Source: Macrostomum hystrix
Lineage: Eukaryota; Animalia; Platyhelminthes
Reading direction: 5' to 3'
Assembly: GCA_950097015.1 (NCBI GenBank)
Contig: CATNEN010000038.1
Coordinates: 3,224,001 to 3,288,000 of the forward strand
DNA length: 64,000 nt
Shown here: positions 53,401 to 64,000 of the stretch, piece after piece
How the letters are laid out: each line of letters opens with the position of its first letter
Numbering within the stretch: position 1 is the stretch's first letter
Notes under the pieces: model-generated
Databases searched by the model: none
What the model saw: only the letters and a program-made list of their open reading frames with translations
Told to the model about the DNA's origin: nothing
Made by a program: the position numbers and the translations under genes

Positions 53401-56400
53401 TTTGAATCATGGCTAAACCAGAGTTTGAATCATGGCTAAACCAGAGTTTGAATCATGGCTAAACCAGCGTTTGAATCATGGCCAAACCAGAGTCTGAATC
53501 ATGGCTAAACCAGAGTCTGAATCATGGCTAAACCAGAGTTTGAACCATGGCTAAACCATAATCTGAATCATGGCTAAACCAGAGTTTGAATCATGGCTAA
53601 ACCAGAGTTTGAATCATGGCTAAACTAGAGTCTGAATCATGGCTAAACTGGAGTCTGAATCATGGCTAAACCATAGTCTGAATCATGGCTAAAATAGAGT
53701 CTGAATCATGGCTAAACCATAGTCTGAATCATGGCAAAACTGGAGTCTGAATCATGGCTAAACCATAGTCTGAATCATGGCTAAAATAGAGTCTGAATCA
53801 TGGCTAAAATAGAGTCGGAATCATGGCTAAACCAGCGTTTGAATCATGGCTAAACCAGCGTTTGAATCATGGCTAAACCAGCGTTTGAATCATGGCTAAA
53901 CCAGCGTTTGAATCATGGCTAAACCAGAGCTTGAGTCATGGCTAAACCAGAGTTTGAATCATGGCTAACCCAGCGTTTGAATCATGGCTAAACCAGAGTT
54001 TGAATCATGGCTAAACCAGAGTTTGAATCATGGCTAAACCAGCGTTTGAATCATGGCCAAACCAGAGTCTGAATCATGGCTAAACCAGAGTCTGAATCAT
54101 GGCTAAACCAGAGTTTGAACCATGGCTAAATCATAATCTGAATCATGGCTAAACCAGAGCTTAAATCATGGCTAAACCAGAGTTTGAATCATGGCTAAAC
54201 CAGAGCTTAAATCATGGCTAAACCGGAGTTTGAATCATGGCTAAACCAGAGTTTGAATCATAGTCAACCGGAGTCTGAATCATGGCTAAACCAGAGTTTG
54301 AATCATAGTCAACCGGAGTCTGAATCATGGCTAAACCAGAGCTTGAATCATGGCAAAACCAGCGTTTGAATCATGGCTAAACCAGAGTTTGAATCATGGC
54401 TAAACCAGAGTTTGAATCATGGCTAAACCAGAGTTTGAATCATGGCTAAAAACCAGAGTTTGAATCATGGCTAAACCAGCGTTTGAATCATGGCTAAACC
54501 AGAGTTTGAATCATGGCTAAACCAGAGCTTGAATCATGGCTAAACCAGAGCTTGAATCATGGCTAAACCAGAGTTTGAATCATGGCTAACCCATCGTTTG
54601 AATCATGGCTAAACCAGCGTTTGAATCATGGCTAAACCAGAGCTTGAATCATGGCTAAACCAGAGTTTGAATCATGGCTAAACCAGAGCTTAAATCATGG
54701 CTAAACAGGAGTTTGAATCATGGCTAAACCAGCGTTTGAATCATGGCAAAACCAGAGTTTGAATCATAGTCAACCGGAGTCTGAATCATGGCTAAACCAG
54801 AGTTTGAATCATAGTCAACCGGAGTCTGAATCATGGCAAAACCAGAGCTTGAATCATGGCAAAACCAGCGTTTGAATCATGGCTAACCCAGAGCTTGAAT
54901 CATGGCTAAACCAGAGCTTGAATCATGGCAAAACCAGAGTTTGAATCATAGCCAACCAGAGTCTGAATCATGGCAAAACGAGAGTTTGAATCATAGCCCA
55001 CCAGGGTTTAAAACATGGCGAAATCTGAGTTTGAATCTTGGCTTACCCAGCGTTTGAAAAATCAACGTCAACTGGAGAGTCATCATCAAAATGGGGATCA
55101 TGGTAAACTGGGGGATAATCGTCAACTGGGGGATCATGGTAAACTGGGGGATAATTGTCAACTGGGGGATCATTGTCAACTGGGGGGTCATTGTCAACTG
55201 GGGGATCATTGTCAACTAGGTGGTAATGGTCAACTGGGGGATAATTGTCAACTGGGGAATCATCATCAAATGGGGGATCATGGTCAACTTGGGGATCATT
55301 GTCAACTGGGTGATCATCATCAACTGGGGGATCATCATCAACTGGGGGATCTTTGTCAACTGGGGGATAATTGTCAACTGTGGGATCATTGTCAACTGGG
55401 GGATCATTGTCAACTGGGGGATCATTGTCAACTGGTGGATCGTTGTCAACTGGGGGTTTATTGTCAACTGGGTGATCATCATCAACTGGGGGATCATTGT
55501 CAACTGGGGGAACATTGTCAACTGGAGGAACATTTTCAACTGGGGATCATCATCAATGGGGAGTCATCATCAACTGGGGGATCATTGTGAACTGGAGGAT
55601 CATTGTCAACTGGGGGATCATCATCAACTGGGGGATCATTGTCAACTGGGCGTTCATTGTCAACTGTGGGATCATTGTCAACAGGCGGGATCATTGTCAA
55701 CTGGGAGATCATCATCAACGGGGGATCATCATCAACTGGGGGATCATTGTCAACTGGGGGATCATTGTCAACTGGGGGATCATTGTCAACTGGGGGATCA
55801 TTGTCAACTGGGGGTTCATTGTCAACTGGGGGATCATTGTCAACTGGGGGATCATTGTCAACTGGGGGATCATTGTCAACTGGGGGATCATTGTCAACTG
55901 GGGGATCATTGTCAACTGGGGGATCATTGTCAACTGGGGGATCATTGTCAACTGGGGGATCATCATCAACTGGGAGATCATCATCAACGGGGGGATCATT
56001 GTCAACTGGGGGTTCATTGTAGCTTTAAAAAGCTGTAAATTCAGCTGCTAAAAAGTATATACAAGCCGAATTAAAAATATTTCTGCTCCCCGAAGGGGGG
56101 CAAAACATGCTAGTTAAAGTTCTAAAAATGTGCGCAAAATTGAAAAATCTGCATATTTTTTCAGGTTTGTCTTATCGGAAATGTTCGGGAAGCGAATCTG
56201 CTCTACGCTAGATTAAAAGGAGACAGATATACACCTGATACGTCAGCAGCCAGTATTTCTGTCGACACTGGAAGTCCTTGGTGCTACACTGTGGGAGGAA
56301 GGGAGACTATTGCACAGTTGGCGATTGTACCCCTTCGACTAAAGTCAGCTGCTGCAGCTGACACCTCATTTTTGTTCTTTGTTAGGGTCGATGCCTGCTT

Positions 56401-59400
56401 CACGCCCCTCACAAGTGCCTGTCTCACAACTCCGACCGCCAGCTCAACCACAACTACTGCTCAAACCACGGTATCAACATCAAGCTCAACAACGACGACT
56501 CCAACCACTACAACTTCAACGACAACCACAGCAGTTACATCTACATCTACTGTAAAACCCACAGGTATATGATCGTTTTCAAGTTAAAGGTTTGGTACGC
56601 CTGCTGTTCTCCAAATTTAACATTCTACGTTTTTCAGTCTGCTCGAGTGTTGATGGAATTGCTGATACCAATCTGATTCCTTCTTGGGCAATCAGTGGCG
56701 CAACCTTCTCACCTTTTGCTGGCTACATTGTGTCTTTTTCGCCTGGACAGGGTCTCATTATCGACATGACTCTGAACAGGTGTCGGCAATCAGAATACAT
56801 CACTCAGGTAAAGAAAATATAAGGCCAAGACTTTGGAGCTTTGCGATTATTGCTGTCTCTGGGCAGTAAAGCTGCTAATTGAAGTCGTTTACAAACTGCG
56901 CCATTATTTTCATACGAAGTTTGAATGCGCGAGCCGAAGTACAAGTAGAAAGGAAACAGTAGAAAGAACACGGGGTATTCTTTAACTAACGAACCAATTA
57001 GCCGATGCTTTAGCCCGTACACTCCAGTTGAAAACAAATTTGGAAAAACGACTGAAATGGATCGTTTATTAAAAAAAGCTCATTCAAGCCATTTTTGCCT
57101 ATACCTGTTTAGGTGTGCTTATTAGGTGGGAATGTCAGGCGAGCGGACCTCGTTTACCAGACATCGCCAACTCAGTCTTATCAATTACTAGCCCAGTCTC
57201 TTAGCCTCGTTCAAGACGGCCTAGGCAGCTTCTGTTACAACCTGAACTTCAATGTCAGCTCTGTCGTCATAGCGCCAAAAGAGTTGAAGACTTCGGCTGG
57301 TGCATCGACTTCATACCAGTTTTTCCTCTCCGTATTTGGCTGCTTTGTGTCGGCTTCTAGTTGCACAACTACAACAGCGTCTGCATCAGCAACAACAACA
57401 GCATCCACAAAAACAACAACAACAGCTAGCACGACAGTTGGTACAACTTGTAAGCAGCATTGTAAAGCCTATCTTAATATTATAAAACTATTAATTAATA
57501 ATTGCACGAGGGGCTGCGGGCAATGGCTCGAGTCGAGGCCCTCAAGGGCGTGAATTGCATGACAAGCCAAATTAATATGGCTTCGCCGCGGAATCGAAAT
57601 CAGGGACCTTGTTGCGAGAGGCAAACGCGTTAAACGCTCTGCCACTCACCCCATGGCCCATGTTAATGGAAGAGCAATATAAAGCAACGCCCTTAAATGC
57701 CTGAGCCCATCACTGTAGCGAATGAAAGCAATAAAACCTGCTTTAAAAGTAGCCACGTCCAAAAATTTCAGTCTGCCCAATGGTTAACGCCTTGTCTAGC
57801 CCTGCCTACTTACCACTGGAGTACATTTCTGGAGCAAGCAGCTACAATGACGCCACAGGCTTCAACATTCGCGTTGGTACAGACGGCTATCTCCTAGTCG
57901 ATTTGACAATCGGCAATTGTAAACTCGCTACTTATATTGATACGGCAAGTAACGAACCAATATGAAAAATGCAATCAACTCGAACTTAGCATAGTTTAAC
58001 TTAATTGCAACTCTCAAATTCAGATCTGTCTCTCGGGCAACGTCAAGGAGGCAACGATTCGCTACAAGCAAGTGTACGCGGCATCATTCCAGACCTTGAG
58101 CGCGTCCCTTACAGTTTCGTCCGACAGCCCGACAGACCTATGCTTTAGCCTCGGCTTCCCAGTTGCTCAGTTTATCGCCTTTCCTCGCTCCCTGAAAACT
58201 GCGTCTTCATCAAGCAGCAATTTTAGGATGCACCTCATAATCTATGGGTGCTTTACTCCTGTGTCAGGCAGCTGCTTAACAACATCGACGACAACAAGCA
58301 CCACCACGACAACTTTGACATCGTCAACAGCAACAACGGCTTCAACTACGAAAACTACGCCAACAACAACAGGCGAGTATTGAGTGTAACCCATCGCTTT
58401 TTATTATATGAACCTGCTCGTATCTATGTGAATGAATATTCACACTTTGCTGCGGATGAAAACCGAAGACCATTATTTCTCGCCGCTTTCAGTTTGTCCT
58501 GCAATCAATGTTCTGTCCAGGGATGATTTAGTTCCACAGTCATCAATTGTCGGTGGCACATACAGTCCTATATTTGGCTATGCACTTTCTGGTGACAATA
58601 CAGAAGCTCTTATCATTGACTTGACGGTCTTGGGTTGCAGAGCATCGATATACATTGATCGGGTGAGTTCCTAATAAATTGGGTCAATTCAATACAACCA
58701 ATTGAGTAAAAATGAACAAAGCAGCAATAAAATAATTTTTTCTTTTCAGATTTGTCTCACTGGAAACATTCAGCGCCTAATCATCAGATATAAATATTCG
58801 ACAACAGAAAACTATGTTAATCTGGCGAGCGTGTCCTCGATAACAATCCCAAACAGTAGCCAGTATTGTTTAACAGTTGGGATCAACATGACAAACCTCA
58901 TCATACTTCCACAGACTATGCAGCCCCCAACAGCTTCCAAATATCTGTTTTATCTTGAGTTGTATGCATGCGCTGCTCCACTACCAATAGGCTGCGGGAC
59001 AACCTCAAGCACAAATTCAACTCTAACCACTACGGCAACAATAACACCAACTTCTGCAACGTCCTCAACAACCACAAATTCAAAAGTGACCACAATGCCT
59101 GTGATAACAGAAACAACTTCCATTACAATGACTTCAACAACTACGACCCTGGCGCCAGCTGCAACGACAACTGCTACGACATCTACAACGGCAGCCACGA
59201 CTCCATCGACAGTTACAACTGCATCAACGACCGCTGCAACTTCAACCGCAACGCCAACCACGCCAACTGCTCGTACAACAGCAGACACCTCAACCGCAAC
59301 GCTAACAACGACCGCAGAAATTTTAAACGCAACGCCAACTACTACAACTCCCGCAACTTCAACTGCAACTCCAACTACGGGAGCAGCCACTTCAACACCA

Positions 59401-62400
59401 ACTCCAACTTTGACCGAAGCAACTTCCACCGCAACTCGAACTACGGCCGCATTAACTTCAACACCAACTCCAACTTTGACCTCAACAGCAACTTCAACTA
59501 CGGCAACATCGACCGCAGTCACTTCAACCGCAACTCCATCAACGACAGCGGCAACTTCAAACGCAACTCCAGCTTTGACAGCAGCAAACTCAACAGCTAC
59601 TTCAACTCCAACTACGGCAACTTTACCGGCAACACAAACTTCGACCGCAGCCACTTCAAGCGCTACTTCAACAACGGCCGCAAGAATCTCAACAGCAACT
59701 CAAACTACGGTCGCAACCACATCATCCGCAACTCCAACTACGAGTACGATAGCGGCAACTTCAACTACAACTCTAACTAGGACAGCGGCAATTTCAACCA
59801 TGACTGCAACTTCGACCGCAGCCACTTCAACCGCAACTCCAGCTTCGACTGCAGCCACTTCAGCCGCAACTACAACTTCGACCGCAGCCACTTCAACCGC
59901 AACTCCAACTTCGACCGCAGCCACTTCAACTGCAACTCCAACTTCGACCGCAGCTACTTCAACCGCAACTACAACTTCGACCGCAGCTACTTCAACCGCA
60001 ACTACAACTTCGACCGCAGCTACTTCAACCGCAACTACAACTTCAATCATGACTGCAACTTCGACCGCAGCTACATCAACTGCAACTCCAACTTTGACCG
60101 CAGCCACTTCAACCGCAACCCCAACTTCGACCGCAGCCACTTCAGCCGCAACTACAACTTCGACCGCACCTACTTCAACCGCACTTCCAACTTCAATCAT
60201 GACTGCAACTTCGACCGCAGCTACATCAACTGCAACTACAACTTCGACCGCAGCCACTTCAACCGCAACTACAACTTCGACCGCAGCCACTTCAGCCGCA
60301 ACTACAACTTCGACTGCAGCCACTTCAATCGCAACTCCAACTTCGACCGCACCTACTTCAACCGCACTTCCAACTTCAATCATGACTGCAACTTCGACCG
60401 CAGCTACATCAACTGCAACTACAACTTCGACCGCAGCCACTTCAACCGCAACTACAACTTCGACCGCAGCCACTTCAGCCGCAACTCCAACTTCGACTGC
60501 AGCCACTTCAATCGCAACTCCAACTTCGACCGCACCTACTTCAACCGCACTTCCAACTTCAATCATGACTGCAACTTCGACCGCAGCTACATCAACTGCA
60601 ACTCCAACTTCGACCGCAGCCACTTCAGCCGCAACTCCAACTCCGACTGCAGCCACTTCAGCCGCAACTCCAACTTCGACTGCAGCCACTTCAATCGCAA
60701 CTCCAACTTCGACCGCAGCGACTTCAACCGCAACTACAGCTCCGACGACAAATAAGACGATGACCACAACTATTACGAACAGCACAACACTAAAGACGAG
60801 CACAAATCCAACCACAGCAGCAACCATGGCTCAAGCAACACCTACGACTCTAGCGTCGACCACAATTCCAACGGCAGATACAACTACTCATAAAACAACA
60901 ATAACGACTTCAACAAAGACTTCTCTTCCTGTAACCCCAGACACTTCAACAGCAAGCACAGCGGCTTTAACGAACACTCAAATAGCGACTACTACAGCGA
61001 CAACCCCAACAGCAAACGCAACAACAAGCTCTGCAGCACTTACGACTGCAACCACAGCCGCCTCAGAAACTTCGTCTACTTCGATTACCACAACTTTAAA
61101 CACTTCTAGACCAACAAGTACTTCAACAACTTCGAACCCAATCGCAACCTCTACTCTAATATCAGCCCCAAGTAGTATGGATTCAAGTACAACCACCACA
61201 ACTAAGACAGCAGAAGCGACGACATCCTCAGATACACCGACGTCGACCAGTAATACAACTATCACGGCTCAAATGGCAACAGAAGTAAGCGCCATGAGTT
61301 CAACAACAATAAATTCAAGTCCTTCTACATCGACTAATCCAGCAAGTACTGCAACAAGCGCACAGTCAACAGCGAGCAGTTCTACAGCGACGTCATCGCC
61401 TTCAAAGACGGAGACAACAACAAGAGCGACCACTGCCACAACATCCTGCATTTGCCCGACTAACTATCAGCCAGTGTTTAAAAGAGTAAAGGCCATTCCG
61501 GTCTCATTTAGATTCGCTAATCTTCAATGGTTCGAGGACTATAAGGATTCTAGCACCTGGCGTTATAAACAGCTTGCCAATTATGCATTTGAAACAATCA
61601 TGAAAGTGGCCAGGTCCACATGGCTCTACGGAGAGCTCCAAAATGTGATCAACATTCAGTTTGTCAGCGGAAGTGTCGTCGTGTCTGGCAGCCTTTTGGT
61701 GAACGATGCCGAAAAGAACACAGTGTCAGCGATTCTCAGCGCCTTGGAAACCGGATTCATGACCACAGACCTGGGCGGCATTATTGTTGACAGCTTTGGA
61801 TTCAATTGTAAGTAAATAAATGCTATAACCGGATTGTCAAGATGACGTGGTGTAAGGGCACAGGCATGGAAAACAAAAAACTGGCTTTTAATGCACTTAT
61901 TTACATGTTACTCTTACAGTCCAACCAAAATTCATAACTTCAGCGTCCGCAAATGCAACAACAGTTGAAGTATTGCTCAAGACCACCACAGCGCTTCCTG
62001 TAACGCAAGAGTACACAGCTCTCATCGCCGCTCTCATCACTGTTGGAGCCGTCCTAGTGCTCTCCGTCGTTGTGTTCACTGTGGTAAATTGAACCGTTGA
62101 TCATTGTGGCGCTTAGAGGTCAAAGTTGACAATTAAGGGCTCCTAGTTGGATAGAGAGCAGGGCAGAAGGGCCGTCAGTGGAACAGAGGGTGGATGACAG
62201 ATCCAGATGGTGGATGGCAGATGCAGATGGTGGATGGCAGATCCAGATGGTGGATGGCAGATGCAGATGGTGGATGGCAGATGGTGAATGGCAGATGGTG
62301 GATGGCAGATGGTGGATGGCAGATGGTGGATGGCAGATGGTGGATGGCAGATGGTGGATGGTGGATGGCAGATGGTGGATGGCAGATGGTGGATGGCAGA

Positions 62401-63250
62401 TGGTGGATGGCAGATGGTGGATGGTGGATGGCAGATGGTGGATGGCAGATGGTGGATGGCAGATGGTGGATGGCAGATGGTGGATGGTGGATGGCAGATG
62501 GTGGATGGCAGATGGTGGATGGCAGATGGTGGATGGTGGATGGCAGATGGTGGATGGTGGATAGCAGATGGTGGATGACAGATGGTGGATGGTGGATGAC
62601 AGATCGTGGATGGCAGATGGTGGATGGCAGATGGTGGATGGTGGATGGCAGATGGTGGATGGTGGATGGTGGATGGTGGATGGCAGATGGTGGATGGCAG
62701 ATGGTGGATGGTGGATAGCAGATGGTGGATGGTGGATGGTGGATGACAGATGGTGGATGGCAGATGGTGGATGGCAGATGGTGGATGGCAGATGGTGGAT
62801 GGCAGATGGTGGATGGCAGATGGTGGATGGCAGATGGTGGATGGCAGATGGTGGATGGCAGATGGTGGATGGCAGATGGCAGATGGTGGATGGCAGATGG
62901 TGGATGGTGGATGGCAGATGGTGGATGGCAGATGGTGGATGGTGGATGGCAGATGGTGGATGGCAGATGGTGGATGGCAGATGGTGGATGGGATGGTGGA
63001 TGGCAGATGGTGGATGGCAGATGGTGGATGGCAGATGGTGGATGGCAGATGGTGGATGGCAGATGGTGGATGGCAGATGGCAGATGGTGGATGGCAGATG
63101 GTGGATGGTGGATGGCAGATGGTGGATAGTCGAGTAGATACTGGCAAAGCAAATAAACCCCGTGCCCCATTCCAGATCTACGTGCTTCTCCTTCGGCGAC
63201 TAAGGAATAAAGAGGGCGGCATGACCGACGGGGCTGAGAGACTGAGCTAA
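44437..63250 (+). CDS. Giant type I transmembrane mucin-like protein (~3102 aa): signal peptide, 10 Cys-rich modules, PTS tracts, SEA domain, TM
   Basis: Frame-consistent exons 44437-44443, 44756-44953, 45168-45785, 46135-47447, 47532-48101, 48195-48573, 48659-48828, 48966-49359, 49434-49597, 49700-50299, 56165-56564, 56638-56807, 57113-57449, 57772-57944, 58024-58372, 58493-58662, 58750-61807, 61920-62083, 63176-63250. N-terminus [27 protein letters not shown]; SEA motif FVSGSVVV; [30 protein letters not shown] followed by RRLRNK. The first micro-exon is the least certain part. Confidence 0.85.
45033..45115 (-). mobile_element. tRNA-derived SINE-like relic in an intron
   Basis: Shares TCGCCGCGGAATCGA..TCAGGGACCTTG..CGAGAG..GGCA.ACGC with 57578-57652. 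Confidence 0.55.
45601..45720 (+). repeat. Coding (ACCAGC)n Thr-Ser microsatellite
   Basis: Directly visible. Confidence 0.9.
50935..54995. repeat. 23-bp minisatellite (AAACCAGAGTYTGAATCATGGCT)n, ~4 kb
   Basis: Reverse complement of the 4880-6680 satellite. Confidence 0.95.
55067..56020. repeat. 18-bp minisatellite (TGGGGGATCATTGTCAAC)n
   Basis: Reverse complement of the 2713-4818 satellite. Confidence 0.95.
57578..57652 (-). mobile_element. tRNA-derived SINE-like relic in an intron
   Basis: The minus strand has an A-box-like TGGCAGAGCG and a B-box-like TTCGATTCC and ends in CCA; no proper cloverleaf. Confidence 0.55.
59800..60740 (+). repeat. Coding 33-bp ([12 protein letters not shown]) mucin tandem repeat with a 183-bp higher-order unit
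   Basis: The ATCATGACTGCAACT marker recurs at about 60047, 60197, 60380 and 60563. Confidence 0.85.
61447..61807 (+). other. SEA domain with GSVVV motif
   Basis: Juxtamembrane ~110-aa domain ([23 protein letters not shown]...FVSGSVVV), as in MUC1-type membrane mucins. Confidence 0.8.
62205..63127. repeat. Intronic 7/14-bp simple repeat (GATGGTG GATGGCA)n
   Basis: Directly visible; lies in the last intron (62084-63175). Confidence 0.95.
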
Positions 63251-64000
63251 ATTCAACAAAGACCTGATCCAAATCTGAGAAAAAATCGACTCTTTCACTC
63301 TTGGTTTTTCCTAACTAGCTCAGTTTCTAATGCCGTATGTATGAGTAGTTTTTTTCGTTTGTTTACGATACGTAGGCTATAACAGGGTCATTTTGGTACT
63401 TTTAAATTATCTGTGCTTTGCAAATGAAATTAACCAAGGCAACTTCTGAAAGACTGGAGGCCGTATAAAAGTTGCAAATTTTTCGCTGTTCTTACATTTT
63501 CCTTAATTGTGATCAATTTTGAGCTCAAGAACTTTGATTCGTTATCTTTTCCGTTTGGCCCTTTGGTACGAGTATCTTTTGACAACGCAACAGATCTATT
63601 ATACCCTTCTCGCGATCTGTGGAATAAATAAATCACTGCCCACTTGTTTAAATTATGAATGGTCGTAAGCGACCTCGGACTACTTATTTTAAGATTTTAA
63701 GGCTAATAAGACTTAAACGTTAGAAAGACCATGGAGGTTATTTCCAATACCTTGTTTTCTTTTTTTTGTGTCTTCTAAGATATTGAACCGACCACCAAGA
63801 AAATCCAGTACACACGTTAAACTTCTCCGCTTCATCATATATAACAGCTTCCAGGGTCTTTGACAAGAATCGCTGACTATCTCTACGACGCTGACTCGAA
63901 CGGCATTGAAAATTAGTTCATCGTAAAGGACGGATAACTTTTTCGATATGGTGGACTTTCACGAAAATCGGTCATTCGGTTTGGGAGCTATCGTGAAAAG

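Larger units (their letters stand above)
50326..56113 (+). mobile_element. Solo non-autonomous Helitron type A (5.8 kb) in mucin intron 10
   Basis: gataA|TCCACTATACTAAAAATG ... GCTCCCCGAAGGGGGGC-AAAACATG-CTAG|Ttaaag: A^T target, no TSD. Removing it leaves a 77-bp GT-AG intron. Confidence 0.95.

Noticed and set aside
2620-56113. Inverted A copies as terminal inverted repeats of a giant transposon
   Set aside because: Each copy has its own Helitron termini, and the right copy is a clean insertion in an intron.
41223-62119. GCTTAGAGG recurring at ~41225, ~42497 and ~62111
   Set aside because: Short post-hoc match with no extended homology; cannot be supported as a TSD or target motif.
62143-63272. 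His/Pro-rich and Trp/Met-rich ORFs
   Set aside because: Translations of a 7/14-bp simple repeat; only 63176-63250 is taken as a real exon.

Overview
Eukaryotic (animal-like, spliceosomal introns) genomic DNA in two halves. (1) 1-~41.2 kb is one uninterrupted head-to-tail array of Helitron rolling-circle transposons on the minus strand, open at the left edge. It has 28 units of four types that share a 5' head (TCTAATATACTAAAAATGAAA-like) but have different bodies and 3' hairpin+CTAG ends: two ~10.1-kb autonomous copies (type D), each with an apparently intact 9-exon ~1808-aa STPR-repeat/OTU/Zn-motif/HUH-Y2 Rep/PIF1 RepHel gene; two 3.8-kb satellite-filled derivatives (C); two satellite-filled elements (A, one partial); and 22 ~330-350-bp mini-Helitrons (B), plus a 48-bp orphan head. 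The unit order is aperiodic, no host DNA lies between units, and the junctions carry short head scraps (TCT, TCTAA), which suggests that elements are added onto the ends of existing family members. (2) 44.4-63.3 kb is a complete 19-exon, ~3100-aa type I transmembrane mucin-like gene (+): signal peptide, ten 6-Cys discoidin/F5-8C-like modules separated by Thr/Ser tracts, a long PTS region, a SEA domain with GSVVV, a TM helix and a short tail. One intron holds a clean solo A^T insertion of the type A Helitron. A LINE RT fragment and tRNA-like relics are also present. All gene models were spliced by hand from GT/GC-AG sites and frame continuity; no database searches were possible.
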